Positions 1-8,329 of a stretch of DNA of 64,000 nucleotides are shown piece after piece. Source of the DNA: Oscillospiraceae bacterium (GTDB lineage: Bacteria > Bacillota > Clostridia > Oscillospirales > CAG-272); contig SVSI01000009.1 in assembly GCA_015064385.1 (NCBI GenBank), positions 126 to 64,125 of the forward strand. The letters are read 5' to 3'. How positions within the stretch are numbered: position 1 is the stretch's first letter; each line of letters starts with the position of its first letter. The notes under the pieces were generated by a model, which made no database searches, was not told the DNA's origin, and was given only the letters and a program-made list of their open reading frames with translations. The translations under genes and the position numbers were made by a program.

Positions 1-26
1 AAGCCCCTTGATTAAACAAAAAACAA

Positions 27-62
27 ACACCCTACGGCCGTTAAAGTCATAGGGTGTTTTTT
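27..62. terminator. bidirectional rho-independent terminator hairpin
   Basis: Stem ACACCCTA (27-34) / TAGGGTGT (50-57). A-rich run upstream and T-run 57-62 downstream. Lies just 3' of the minus-strand ORF ending at 87. Confidence 0.65.
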
Positions 63-86
63 CATACTGTGTGATTTTAAATTCAG

Positions 87-560
87 TTATTGCCGTGTGC
101 AATTTAAATGGTATTCCATTAAATTATATAATTTATCTTCTAAAGATTCTTCTTTGGGTTTAGTTCGTTTTAATATTTTTCGTACAACCCAAGAGAAGAA
201 TAGACACACTTTCACAATGATAGTCACAATGATGATAATGGGAATTAGGATTATCCATAAAAGGATTTCTTCAATTTTGTTGACGATTTTCTTAATCCCT
301 TTTTCGCTTGTATAAGGGTCGCTATACTCAATGGTGCCACAAAATGTGGTCTTGCCGTCAATTTCTGTTATTGTAGGCACAAACCAATATCCACCAGAAT
401 GGCCACCACGTGCAACACCAAAACGAATATCGCCATTAGAAAGTTCCACGATATAATCGTCAAAGTAGAAAAACTTTTGGTTGTTATTGGGGTACTTATT
501 TAATTGGTTTAGAAACATTTCTTTTGTTCCTGAAAACTCAAACGAATAACTCTTTGACAC
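87..560 (-). CDS. hypothetical membrane-anchored protein (soluble N-domain plus one TM helix)
   Basis: 157-aa ORF with a GTG start preceded by AAGGTGGTGA on the minus strand. Hydrophobic segment LLWIILIPIIIIVTIIVKVCLFFSWVV. Visibly AT-richer than most of the window. No family recognised. Confidence 0.55.
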   Translation of the reverse strand: MSKSYSFEFSGTKEMFLNQLNKYPNNNQKFFYFDDYIVELSNGDIRFGVARGGHSGGYWFVPTITEIDGKTTFCGTIEYSDPYTSEKGIKKIVNKIEEILLWIILIPIIIIVTIIVKVCLFFSWVVRKILKRTKPKEESLEDKLYNLMEYHLNCTRQ

Positions 561-738
561 AAAATCACCACCTTGTATAATGCTTGACTATGTAACTATT
601 TTCTTTTGAAGATGTTTTTTATTCTATTAAATAACGATATTTTTGTTTCAGTATGACTGCTACTTTGTTTTCCTCATTATAACACGCATATAAATAAAAA
701 ACAAGCCCGTCTATACTTTTTTCGTTCAAAAAACGCTC

Positions 739-767
739 TTGAAAAAGCTCGCGGACTGTGATATAAT
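739..767 (+). promoter_or_regulatory. sigma-A type promoter of the CDF transporter operon
   Basis: TTGAAA (739-744), 17 bp spacer, TGaTATAAT (759-767). Confidence 0.7.
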
Positions 768-798
768 AAAATGCAGATCAAAGAGAGAAGGCACAGCC

Positions 799-1704
799 AT
801 GAAGACCCAAAGAAATATTTTAATTGCATTTATACTTAATCTCGGATTCTCGATCTTCGAGCTTTTCGGAGGATTTTTTACGGGAAGCGTTGCAATCTTA
901 TCGGACGCTCTGCACGACGTCGGAGACGCGGCGAGCATAGGCATATCGTATTTTCTTGAAAAGAAGAGCCAAAAGCGTCCCGACGAAAAGCACACCTACG
1001 GCTATTTGCGCTATTCGGTGATTGGAAGCGTTATTACCACTCTTATACTCATTGTCGGTTCGCTTGCGGTGATATGGAACGCTATCGGCAGAATAGTCAC
1101 TCCCACCGAAATAAACTATGACTCAATGATAGTTTTTGCCGTGATCGGAGTTCTTGTCAATTTCGGGGCGGCGTTTTTGACTCGCGGAAAGGAATCGCTC
1201 AATCAGAAGGCGGTAAATCTCCACATGCTTGAGGACGTGCTCGGTTGGATAGTCGTCCTTATCGGCGCCGTAGTTATGCGATTTACCGATATTTCGATCA
1301 TAGATCCCGCAATGTCCATCGGAGTTGCGGTGTTCGTCCTCATAAACGCGCTCGAGAATATGAAGGAGGCGCTCGACCTCTTCCTTGAAAAGACTCCGCG
1401 CGGAATTGACGTATCCGAGATAAAAGGGCATCTTACCGAGATCGACGGAGTGATCGACGTTCACCATATCCACGTCTGGAGTATGGACGGTCAAAGCAAT
1501 TTTGCCACGATGCACGTCGTTACGAGCGGGGACGCGCGTGAGATAAAAAGAAAGATAAGGGAAGAGCTGTCCGAGCACGGAGTGTCCCACGTTACGCTTG
1601 AGATAGAGAGCCCGGACGAGCATTGTGACGCCAAGGAATGCGCTACCGAGATAAGCTCGAAGGCGGGACACCATCATCACCACCATCACCACCATCACCA
1701 CTAA
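799..1704 (+). CDS. czcD: cation diffusion facilitator (CDF) family divalent-metal efflux transporter with poly-His tail
   Basis: The ORF-track start at 739 lies inside the promoter, so ATG 799 (after GAGAAGG) is the likely start. Multiple TM helices. CDF-like motifs SDALHDVGD and HMLEDVLGW. C-terminus AGHHHHHHHHHHH. Confidence 0.9.
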   Translation: MKTQRNILIAFILNLGFSIFELFGGFFTGSVAILSDALHDVGDAASIGISYFLEKKSQKRPDEKHTYGYLRYSVIGSVITTLILIVGSLAVIWNAIGRIVTPTEINYDSMIVFAVIGVLVNFGAAFLTRGKESLNQKAVNLHMLEDVLGWIVVLIGAVVMRFTDISIIDPAMSIGVAVFVLINALENMKEALDLFLEKTPRGIDVSEIKGHLTEIDGVIDVHHIHVWSMDGQSNFATMHVVTSGDAREIKRKIREELSEHGVSHVTLEIESPDEHCDAKECATEISSKAGHHHHHHHHHHH

Positions 1705-1721
1705 ATGCGGGAGACGGATAT

Positions 1722-2024
1722 ATGAGAAAAATAAAAATCACCGTTATGCGAAAAGCGCGTTACGACGATCTTATTGAAAAATACGAAAATCCTATCGAGC
1801 ACGCGTGTGACCTTGCCGAAGGGGACGAGTTTATATGCAGCGGATTTGAGAAGCCGGACGGATTTTGCGAAAGTGCCTGGACTAGCGTATATCCCTTCGT
1901 TATGACTCTTGCGTGCGGCGGCGAGGACATTTACGACGGATGGATGAAAAACAAGAGATCGGCAATGATCTCGTGCAACGACGGATTTCGACCTGTAAGC
2001 TTTCTTATTGAGGTCTGCGAGTGA
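1722..2024 (+). CDS. TIGR04076-family small Cys-containing protein
   Basis: ATG 1722 follows GGAGACGG. MRKIKITV...GDEFICSGFEKPDGFCESAW...GWMK...ISCNDGFRPVSF matches my recollection of the TIGR04076 pattern. Confidence 0.7.
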   Translation: MRKIKITVMRKARYDDLIEKYENPIEHACDLAEGDEFICSGFEKPDGFCESAWTSVYPFVMTLACGGEDIYDGWMKNKRSAMISCNDGFRPVSFLIEVCE

Positions 2025-2032
2025 GGAAAAAT

Positions 2033-2407
2033 ATGATAAAATTTATTTGTTATCCCAAATGTACCACGTGCCAGAGAGCACAGAGGTGGCTCGACGATAA
2101 CTCGGTAAATTACGAGCTTCGCGATATAAAGACAGAAAGACCGAGCCGCAAGGAGCTTGCCGAGTGGAACGAAAAGAGCGGGCTCCCCACAAGAAAGTTT
2201 TTCAATACGAGCGGACTGCTCTATAAGTCGCTTGACCTTAAAAATAAGCTTCCGGGTATGACAGAAGACGAAATGCTCGATCTTCTTGCTACCGACGGTA
2301 TGCTCGTAAAGCGCCCGATACTCGTGGGTGAGGATTTCGTGCTCGTCGGATTTAAGGTAGAGCAGTGGGAAAAGCTTCTCGAAGGAGTAAATAATGAAAG
2401 AATTTGA
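2033..2407 (+). CDS. ArsC/Spx/MgsR-family thioredoxin-fold protein (CxxC)
   Basis: MIKFICYPKCTTCQRAQRWL...LVKRPILVG. N-terminal CxxC and overall layout are typical of the ArsC/Spx family. SD TGAGGA lies 5 nt upstream of ATG 2033. Confidence 0.8.
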   Translation: MIKFICYPKCTTCQRAQRWLDDNSVNYELRDIKTERPSRKELAEWNEKSGLPTRKFFNTSGLLYKSLDLKNKLPGMTEDEMLDLLATDGMLVKRPILVGEDFVLVGFKVEQWEKLLEGVNNERI

Positions 2408-3194
2408 AGTGGAGCGCGAGGAAAAATACGTTGATCCCGACGAGATCAAGCGTCCTACGAGCTTTCTTAAATGGATAGAAAATTTCTGGTATCACTATAA
2501 GTGGCATACGATAATCGGACTGTTTTTCGTTATTCTTGCCATCGTTTTGGTGGTACAGCTCGTACAGAGAGAAAAGTACGATATAAAGATAGCTTACGCG
2601 GGTGATTTTACCGTCATGAGCGAAGACGAAAACGCCACGCTTCTCAGCGATTTTCCCGAAGCGATGGAGAAAATCTCGAAAGCATTCGAGAGCTTTATAT
2701 CGGACGATATAAACAATGATAAAAAGAAGAACGCGATAACTCACGGTGAATATCTGCTCTCTCCCGAGCGAGAGGCGGAGCTTCGGAAGCAGGCGCAGGA
2801 CAAGAGTATTGAGACTAATCAGCAGTGGGCGTTTAATTATAGCGCTAATGACAGAAGCACCGCCACCGAAAACGTCGGAGTTCTGCTCTCAACGGGTGAG
2901 GCGATCATCTGTCTTATGGACACTTACAGCTATAAGACCTTCGGCTCTGACGGAGCGTTTGCCCGGCTCGAGGACGTCCTCGGATATCTGCCCGACTCAG
3001 CAATAGACGAGTGCGCGGTACTGCTTAGTAACACCGCCTTCGGAGAGTATTTCAAGCAGTCGTTTGAGGGACTTCCCGAGGATACGGTGCTGTGCATAAG
3101 AAAAAAAGCGACGGTCGGCGTAGGCAGAGATTTCGACGAAATATACGCGGCTCATATAGACGTATTCAAAAGGGTTATCGGATTTACCTACTGA
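2394..3194 (+). CDS. hypothetical single-pass membrane protein
   Basis: 266-aa ORF overlapping the previous stop by 14 nt, with GGAG upstream. One TM helix (HTIIGLFFVILAIVLVVQLV). No family recognised. Confidence 0.6.
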   Translation: MKEFEVEREEKYVDPDEIKRPTSFLKWIENFWYHYKWHTIIGLFFVILAIVLVVQLVQREKYDIKIAYAGDFTVMSEDENATLLSDFPEAMEKISKAFESFISDDINNDKKKNAITHGEYLLSPEREAELRKQAQDKSIETNQQWAFNYSANDRSTATENVGVLLSTGEAIICLMDTYSYKTFGSDGAFARLEDVLGYLPDSAIDECAVLLSNTAFGEYFKQSFEGLPEDTVLCIRKKATVGVGRDFDEIYAAHIDVFKRVIGFTY

Positions 3195-3200
3195 TATAAA

Positions 3201-3235
3201 AAAGCAAGAGTGGATCTTCACTCTTGCTTTTCGTT
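3201..3235. terminator. bidirectional terminator
   Basis: 12-bp stem AAAGCAAGAGTG (3201-3212) / CACTCTTGCTTT (3219-3230), flanked by A- and T-runs. Lies between convergent genes. Confidence 0.8.
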
Positions 3236-3436
3236 TATAAAGCTTTGCGGGACGCCCTCAACACTATCGGTCATAAATGCGCTTTCCATAAGAAACTCGG
3301 GAGTTTTTTCTATTGATACGAAAAAGTCCATAAACGCGGCAAGCGCGCATAATAAAAGAGAAAGTCCGAGCATACAGATGCAGATGCGGAGCTTTTTTTC
3401 GTTAGCGGAACCGCTGATGAATTTTTTTGATGCCAT
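3218..3436 (-). CDS. small hypothetical membrane protein downstream of gpr
   Basis: 72-aa ORF with a GGGGGGA SD-like run about 7 nt upstream of the ATG. One TM helix (ICICMLGLSLLLCALAAFMDFF). Confidence 0.4.
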   Translation of the reverse strand: MASKKFISGSANEKKLRICICMLGLSLLLCALAAFMDFFVSIEKTPEFLMESAFMTDSVEGVPQSFINEKQE

Positions 3437-3475
3437 ATCAGTTTTCCCCCCGTTTTACTTTATCAATATATTATA

Positions 3476-4375
3476 TTACGATTTGTGCGAATTATTACCG
3501 ATCTCAAAGAAAAAAAGATTTAGAGCGTCAAAAAGCATACGGGACAGCTCGTCAACTGCCGCGTCGCTGTCCTTGAGAGTGACGAAAAACTCGCTTCCTT
3601 GCTCGAGTATCGGTATCAGCGCCTCGGGATATTCGCTTATTCCCGCACGCTCGAGCGCGTCGAGCACGAGAGTTGCGCTGTCAACCACGGTCGGTACTCC
3701 AACTGCCATTACGGGACATCCGATGGTTTCCGAGCTGATCTTTTTGCGGTGATTTCCTATACCGGAGCCGGGAGATATGCCCGTGTCGGAAAGTTGAACG
3801 GTACGGGCGAGACGGTCAACCGAGCGCGCGGCGAGTGCGTCTATTACGATCACGAGAGAAGGACGGCAGTTTTCTGCTGCTCCGCGTATCAGCTCGAGCG
3901 TTTCTATTCCGGTTTGTGCCAGAACTCCGGGCGCTATTGCCGAAACTGCGGGGAAAATGCTGTTTCCGTCCTTGTCCCGAAGATGCCGCGTGACGTTTAC
4001 GCTGTCCGTACAAAGCGGACCGAGAGAGTCGGAGGTTATGTTACGGTTTCCGAGTCCTGCAACGAGCACCGAATCTATACCCTTTGGACACATATCCCTT
4101 GCAAGACGCTCTATCTCGTGTGAGACGGCAAGCGTTAGCTTTTCGCAGTCGTCGGGCGAGAGATCTTCGCGGTCGGGAAAGGCGACGGTAACGTATCTTC
4201 CGATCGGTTTTCCTATCTGCTCGGCGCCCTCGTCGTTTTTTATGTGCAGGCGGGCAACCGTGAAAAAGCCGAAATCTTCCTCGCTGTAATCTGTCCCTTT
4301 GCCCGAGCCGTCGGGCAGGGAACTGCCCTCTGCGGCAAGGTCCGTGTGTATATACTGTGACGGATAATTTTTCAT
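3476..4375 (-). CDS. gpr: GPR endopeptidase (spore germination protease)
   Basis: From internal Met 63 of the ORF: MKNYPSQYIHTDLAAE...GLGNRNITSDSLGP...VIDALAARS...GISPGSGIGNHR. These match the germination protease family. GGGGTG SD precedes ATG 4375. Confidence 0.9.
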   Translation of the reverse strand: MKNYPSQYIHTDLAAEGSSLPDGSGKGTDYSEEDFGFFTVARLHIKNDEGAEQIGKPIGRYVTVAFPDREDLSPDDCEKLTLAVSHEIERLARDMCPKGIDSVLVAGLGNRNITSDSLGPLCTDSVNVTRHLRDKDGNSIFPAVSAIAPGVLAQTGIETLELIRGAAENCRPSLVIVIDALAARSVDRLARTVQLSDTGISPGSGIGNHRKKISSETIGCPVMAVGVPTVVDSATLVLDALERAGISEYPEALIPILEQGSEFFVTLKDSDAAVDELSRMLFDALNLFFFEIGNNSHKS

Positions 4376-4561
4376 ATTAAGCACCCCGTAATACGTCTGT
4401 TTAATAATTATAATGTCCGTTTTTACGGCACTTAAAGCGCGCTTTTGAAAAAAAGTTGCTTCGTTCTCGCTTTTATTTGTTAAAATACACGAAAACGGAC
4501 GCAGAAAATTGTGCAAATGTCCAAAGTAATGTAAATAATAAATTAACTTTGAAATATCCAC

Positions 4562-4590
4562 TTGATAAATTTATCCTTTGGTGTTATAAT
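4562..4590 (+). promoter_or_regulatory. sigma-A promoter of the solute-binding lipoprotein gene
   Basis: TTGATA (4562-4567), 17 bp spacer, TGtTATAAT (4582-4590). Confidence 0.7.
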
Positions 4591-4666
4591 ACATAGGTAA
4601 TATTATCGTCCGTCAGTGTTTCTTTTTGTGAAAACAGGGGCGGCAAGCGTTTAGGAGGAATACATT

Positions 4667-6469
4667 TTGAAAAGATTACTTGCGGTAATTTTATGTCTCG
4701 CAGCAATGCTTACGATGTTTGCCGGCTGCCGTAAGCCGGAGGTCGTAGGACCTACTATGAATATTTACATAGACGAGACGTACAGTTTTGACCCCGCTCT
4801 TGCATATAACGATACGGGCGCGGCACAGATACTCTCTCTCGTTTACGAGGGCCTTTTCACAATGAACGAAAAGGGAAAGGTAAAGAAAGCGCTCTGCTCC
4901 AAGTATAAGATCACCGAGGAGGACGGATATGATACCATCCTTATCACGCTCGGAGAGTCCTACTGGAGTGACGGTGTTGCAGTTGACGCAGAGGACTTTA
5001 TATACGCATGGCGTCGTATAATGAATCCCGAATTCAAGTGCGAAGCCGCAACCCTTCTTTTCCCCGTAAAGAACGCAGTTGCCGTTAAGAACGGAGACGT
5101 TAGTATAGATGACATTGGATTTGCCACCACGGGAACGAATGAGATAAAGATCGAGCTCGAGAAGGGCTACGATGCGGAAGCGTTCCTTGCAAATCTTACC
5201 AGCGTTGCTCTTTATCCTCTTCGTAAGGACGTCGTAAGAAGCGTTATCGACGAGAGCAGCTGGAGCGCACTTGCGGCAGTTATGGTAGCAAACGGTGCGT
5301 TCTACGTCAAAGAGTTTGAGATGAACAATTACGGCAAGGAAGAGGATCCGATAATCGTTCTTGAGCGTAACCAGTACTTCAGAAGATCGCCCGACTCCGA
5401 AAAGAAGATATCCAAGTACGTAACTCCGTACCGTCTTAACATCTTCGGCGTCAGCGCGGAGACCGCTTACGAAAAGTATAAGAGCGGCGAGTACGCATTT
5501 ATCTCCGAAATTCCGCTTGATCAGCGTGCATCTCTCACCAAAGACGTAGAGATGGTAGATAATATGTTCACATATTCGTATATGTTCAATACGAATAAGG
5601 AGATCTTTGCAGACGCAAAGGTAAGAAAGGCACTTTCTCTTGCACTCGACAGAAACGCTATTAAGGATATAGTCGTTTTCGCAGATGCTGCCGATTCTCT
5701 CGTTTCCGAGGTCGCTCGCGAAATGACGAGAAAGGATTCCTTCCACAGTGCGGTGATCTCCACATCCGCTAATATGGAAGAAGCAAAGAAGCTTATAAAC
5801 GAGGCGGGGGTTAAAGGCAAGTCCTTCACTCTTGCAATATACGACGATCCGGTAGATATTGCCGTTGCAGAGTACTGCATCAAGGTGTGGAAGGAGCTTG
5901 GCGTGAGCGCAAGCTATACGACCTATGCTTACCGTATGGCAAACTACACCGAGCCCGCTATCAAGACGGATGCTGAAGGAAATAAATATCAGACCACCGA
6001 GATCATTTATCAGGACGCTTGCTACGATTCGTTTGTCGAGCTTTATCGCTCGGGAGAGTTTGACGTTATAGCAGTCAACTATAATATGCTCTCCACCGAT
6101 CCGTTTGCAGTTCTCGCGCAGTTCGCCCCCAAATATTCGGGCGGCGCGTACGATTTCTCGCAGAATTCGGAGGAGTGGCCCAATATCCCGCACACGAGCG
6201 GATATTCCAATCCCGAATACGATAAGCTTATAGACGCTGCACACGCAGCAGGTACCTCGGAGGAGAGATTTGAAAATCTCCACAAGGCAGAGGAGCTTCT
6301 TGTAAGAGACGACGCGGTAGTAGTTCCGCTTTACTTCGGAAAGACCGCTTATCTGGTTTCCAAGAACATCAAGAAACTCGATATGAACTACGGCGGACTC
6401 CTCGTTTGGACCAAGGTCAAGGACAAGGACTATAAGCCCACCGAGGAAGATTATATAGTAAAAGAATAA
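4667..6469 (+). CDS. ABC-transporter family-5 (peptide/nickel, OppA-like) substrate-binding lipoprotein, solitary
   Basis: TTG start after AGGAGG. Signal peptide with lipobox MFAGC. 600 aa with the general features of OppA/DppA-type binding proteins. No permease or ATPase genes adjacent. Confidence 0.8.
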   Translation: MKRLLAVILCLAAMLTMFAGCRKPEVVGPTMNIYIDETYSFDPALAYNDTGAAQILSLVYEGLFTMNEKGKVKKALCSKYKITEEDGYDTILITLGESYWSDGVAVDAEDFIYAWRRIMNPEFKCEAATLLFPVKNAVAVKNGDVSIDDIGFATTGTNEIKIELEKGYDAEAFLANLTSVALYPLRKDVVRSVIDESSWSALAAVMVANGAFYVKEFEMNNYGKEEDPIIVLERNQYFRRSPDSEKKISKYVTPYRLNIFGVSAETAYEKYKSGEYAFISEIPLDQRASLTKDVEMVDNMFTYSYMFNTNKEIFADAKVRKALSLALDRNAIKDIVVFADAADSLVSEVAREMTRKDSFHSAVISTSANMEEAKKLINEAGVKGKSFTLAIYDDPVDIAVAEYCIKVWKELGVSASYTTYAYRMANYTEPAIKTDAEGNKYQTTEIIYQDACYDSFVELYRSGEFDVIAVNYNMLSTDPFAVLAQFAPKYSGGAYDFSQNSEEWPNIPHTSGYSNPEYDKLIDAAHAAGTSEERFENLHKAEELLVRDDAVVVPLYFGKTAYLVSKNIKKLDMNYGGLLVWTKVKDKDYKPTEEDYIVKE

Positions 6470-6474
6470 AAGTG

Positions 6475-6506
6475 ATCGGGTGAGTACTCTCTCACCCGAT
6501 TATTTT
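6475..6506 (+). terminator. rho-independent terminator
   Basis: ATCGGGTGAG (6475-6484) / CTCACCCGAT (6491-6500), followed by TATTTT. Confidence 0.8.
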
Positions 6507-6532
6507 CCGTAAAGATAAAAAAGGAGAAAAAG

Positions 6533-7081
6533 ATGGTAGCACCGCTTAAAAAGAAGGACGATATAAAGATATTTATTTTGTATTTGCTCCATAATCTTAA
6601 TAAGTCCCTCGAGTTTGAGGATATAAACGCGATAGTTATGCAGGACGGCGTAGTCGGCGGAATAGATTTTACCGAGTGCTTCGTTGAGCTTATCGACGCG
6701 GGTAATATAAAGGAATACACCGAGGAAGGGAAAGTCCTATACGCTATAACCGATCAGGGACGTCACATAGCCGAAAGTCTTCAGGGAGAGATACTCGGAT
6801 TTATCAGAACGCGCAGTCTTAAAAGTGCGCTCAGATTCATCTCGTTCAAGGAGCGCGGCTCTGAGATCAAAACGAGCTTTTCAATACGTCCGGATGGAAA
6901 GTACGATCTTTGCTGTCAGATAATAGACGAAAGACAGCTTTCGCTTGAGATAAAGATAGTTGCGGATAACGCAAATCAGCTCGAGCTTATGCGTCACACC
7001 TTCGACGAAAAGCCCGAGATCGTGTATCGCGGAGTGCTTGCAATGCTGACGGGGGAAATAGACTACATTTTTAGTGAATAA
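6533..7081 (+). CDS. DUF4364-family protein
   Basis: 182 aa with AGGAGAAAAAG upstream. N-terminal KIFILYLLHNLNKSLEFEDINAIV resembles the DUF4364 pattern (from memory). Confidence 0.65.
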   Translation: MVAPLKKKDDIKIFILYLLHNLNKSLEFEDINAIVMQDGVVGGIDFTECFVELIDAGNIKEYTEEGKVLYAITDQGRHIAESLQGEILGFIRTRSLKSALRFISFKERGSEIKTSFSIRPDGKYDLCCQIIDERQLSLEIKIVADNANQLELMRHTFDEKPEIVYRGVLAMLTGEIDYIFSE

Positions 7082-7158
7082 TGCACAAAAACACCCCCCA
7101 CTTTGTTGGTTAAATCTACAAAAACACGAAAAACGGTGAAATAAATATTAAATATGTA

Positions 7159-7187
7159 TTGACAATCTATTAAATCGTTGTTATAAT
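7159..7187 (+). promoter_or_regulatory. sigma-A promoter of the sigma-factor gene
   Basis: TTGACA (7159-7164), 17 bp spacer, TGtTATAAT (7179-7187). Confidence 0.75.
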
Positions 7188-7252
7188 ATATTTTGTATGA
7201 TAACGTTGCGTAAAATATCTTTTGATACTTGTCGCATCGGAGGATTATTGAT

Positions 7253-7789
7253 TTGGATGAAAATCTCTTAAAACTCATAAACGGAGTAAAAGAAGGAAAA
7301 GATCTTTCGTTTTCTGAGCTTTGCGAAGCGTTTTCTCCACTTATGAGATCACAGGTTACCCGTATGTTTGGTGCAAGCAGCTCCGAATATGACGATCGCC
7401 TGCAGGACGCCGCGATGGCACTGTACAGTGCGGCGATCAGCTACGATACCGCGCAGGAAAAGGTGACCTTCGGTCTTTATGCCAAGATATGCATAAGAAA
7501 TTCGCTTGTTTCGATCAAGCGAAAAGAGAAAAAGAACGCTAAAAAATCAAATTCCTATGCACTTGCCGAGAAAAAGCTATCTCGCGAGATGCAAAGGGAA
7601 GCATCGCGTGAAAAGCTCGAGGAAAATGAAGAAATGCTGTCGCAGCTTTCGTCGTACGAAAGAATGGTTCTGCTGCTTTACCTCAACGGACATTCCTATC
7701 GTGAAATCGGGTCTGCTCTTAAAAAAAGTGAAAAATCGGTAGAAAATGCGCTTTACAGAACGAGAAGTAAGCTCAAAAAGCGTATCTGA
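7253..7789 (+). CDS. sigma-70 family (ECF-like, two-domain) RNA polymerase sigma factor
   Basis: Region-2-like DDRLQDAAMALYSAAISYD...FGLYAKICIRN. Region-4 HTH LSSYERMVLLLYLNGHSYREIGSALKKSEKSVENALYRTRSKLK. TTG 7253 lies 9 nt after GGAGG, whereas the ORF-track start 7229 has no SD. Confidence 0.75.
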   Translation: MDENLLKLINGVKEGKDLSFSELCEAFSPLMRSQVTRMFGASSSEYDDRLQDAAMALYSAAISYDTAQEKVTFGLYAKICIRNSLVSIKRKEKKNAKKSNSYALAEKKLSREMQREASREKLEENEEMLSQLSSYERMVLLLYLNGHSYREIGSALKKSEKSVENALYRTRSKLKKRI

Positions 7790-7880
7790 TCCGGTCATCA
7801 CACTAAAATTACGGTAGTGACGGCGCAAGCCGAGGAAAATCCACTATATATTTTAAGCGAGGTAAAAGGAGTAAAAGCAA

Positions 7881-8159
7881 ATGTACCAGGACATCACACT
7901 TAAGTGCGTAGAGTGCGGAGCAGATTTCGTGTTCACTGCAGGTGAGCAGGAATTCTATGCTGAAAAGGGCTTCAAGAACCAGCCCCAGAGATGCAAAGCT
8001 TGCCGCGACGCAAGAAAGAACGCTGCTAAGCCCCAGAGAGAAATGTTTGAGGCAGTTTGCGCAGAGTGCGGTAACGTGGCTAAGATCCCGTTCCAGCCCA
8101 CCAGCGACAGACCCGTATATTGCAGCGAGTGCTTTGCAGCAAGAAGAGCAGAGCAGTAA
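7881..8159 (+). CDS. double CxxC...CxxC zinc-ribbon protein (zf-trcl-like)
   Basis: KCVECGADFVFTAGEQEFYAEKGF...RCKACR and CAECG...VYCSECF. AAGGAG SD upstream. Confidence 0.8.
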   Translation: MYQDITLKCVECGADFVFTAGEQEFYAEKGFKNQPQRCKACRDARKNAAKPQREMFEAVCAECGNVAKIPFQPTSDRPVYCSECFAARRAEQ

Positions 8160-8199
8160 AAGAGTTTCTGCGAGCCGAGGGAAATAAAACGCCTTTATT

Positions 8200-8236
8200 A
8201 AGACACATCATTTGATGTGTCTTTTCGGTTTTTTAC
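8200..8236 (+). terminator. rho-independent terminator
   Basis: AAGACACATCA / TGATGTGTCTT hairpin, followed by TTCGGTTTTTT. Confidence 0.8.
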
Positions 8237-8329
8237 GGAAAATATCAAAAATTGTATCTTTTTGCTATATACAAAAAGATTTTAATGTGTTATAATCAAA
8301 AGGTAAAGAACGTTTGAAAGGCGTACGAA

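Noticed and set aside
561-798. Possible NiCo (czcD-motif) riboswitch upstream of the CDF transporter.
   Set aside because: The promoter (739-767) lies only about 30 nt before the ATG, so the leader is too short. The sequence further upstream is AT-rich promoter region for the divergent gene and shows no conserved riboswitch-like helices.
739-798. N-terminal extensions in the ORF track: 739 for czcD, 1638 for TIGR04076, 3476-4561 for gpr, 14436 for the orphan, 21330 for trmO, 34964 for ylbJ-like, 35767 for HAD, 47709 for dnaX, 59304 for rimM.
   Set aside because: In most of these cases the extension overlaps a recognisable promoter or terminator or lacks an SD, while an internal ATG/TTG with a good SD begins the conserved family N-terminus. 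For 1638 and 34964 the basis is only the internal SD-preceded ATG. I moved the starts accordingly.
1669-1701. A run of 11 consecutive His codons at the 3' end of the CDF gene; I considered a cloning His-tag artefact.
   Set aside because: The run follows native sequence (SSKAGHHH...), mixes cac and cat codons, is longer than engineered tags, and has no vector or linker sequence around it. His-rich C-termini are common in natural CDF transporters.
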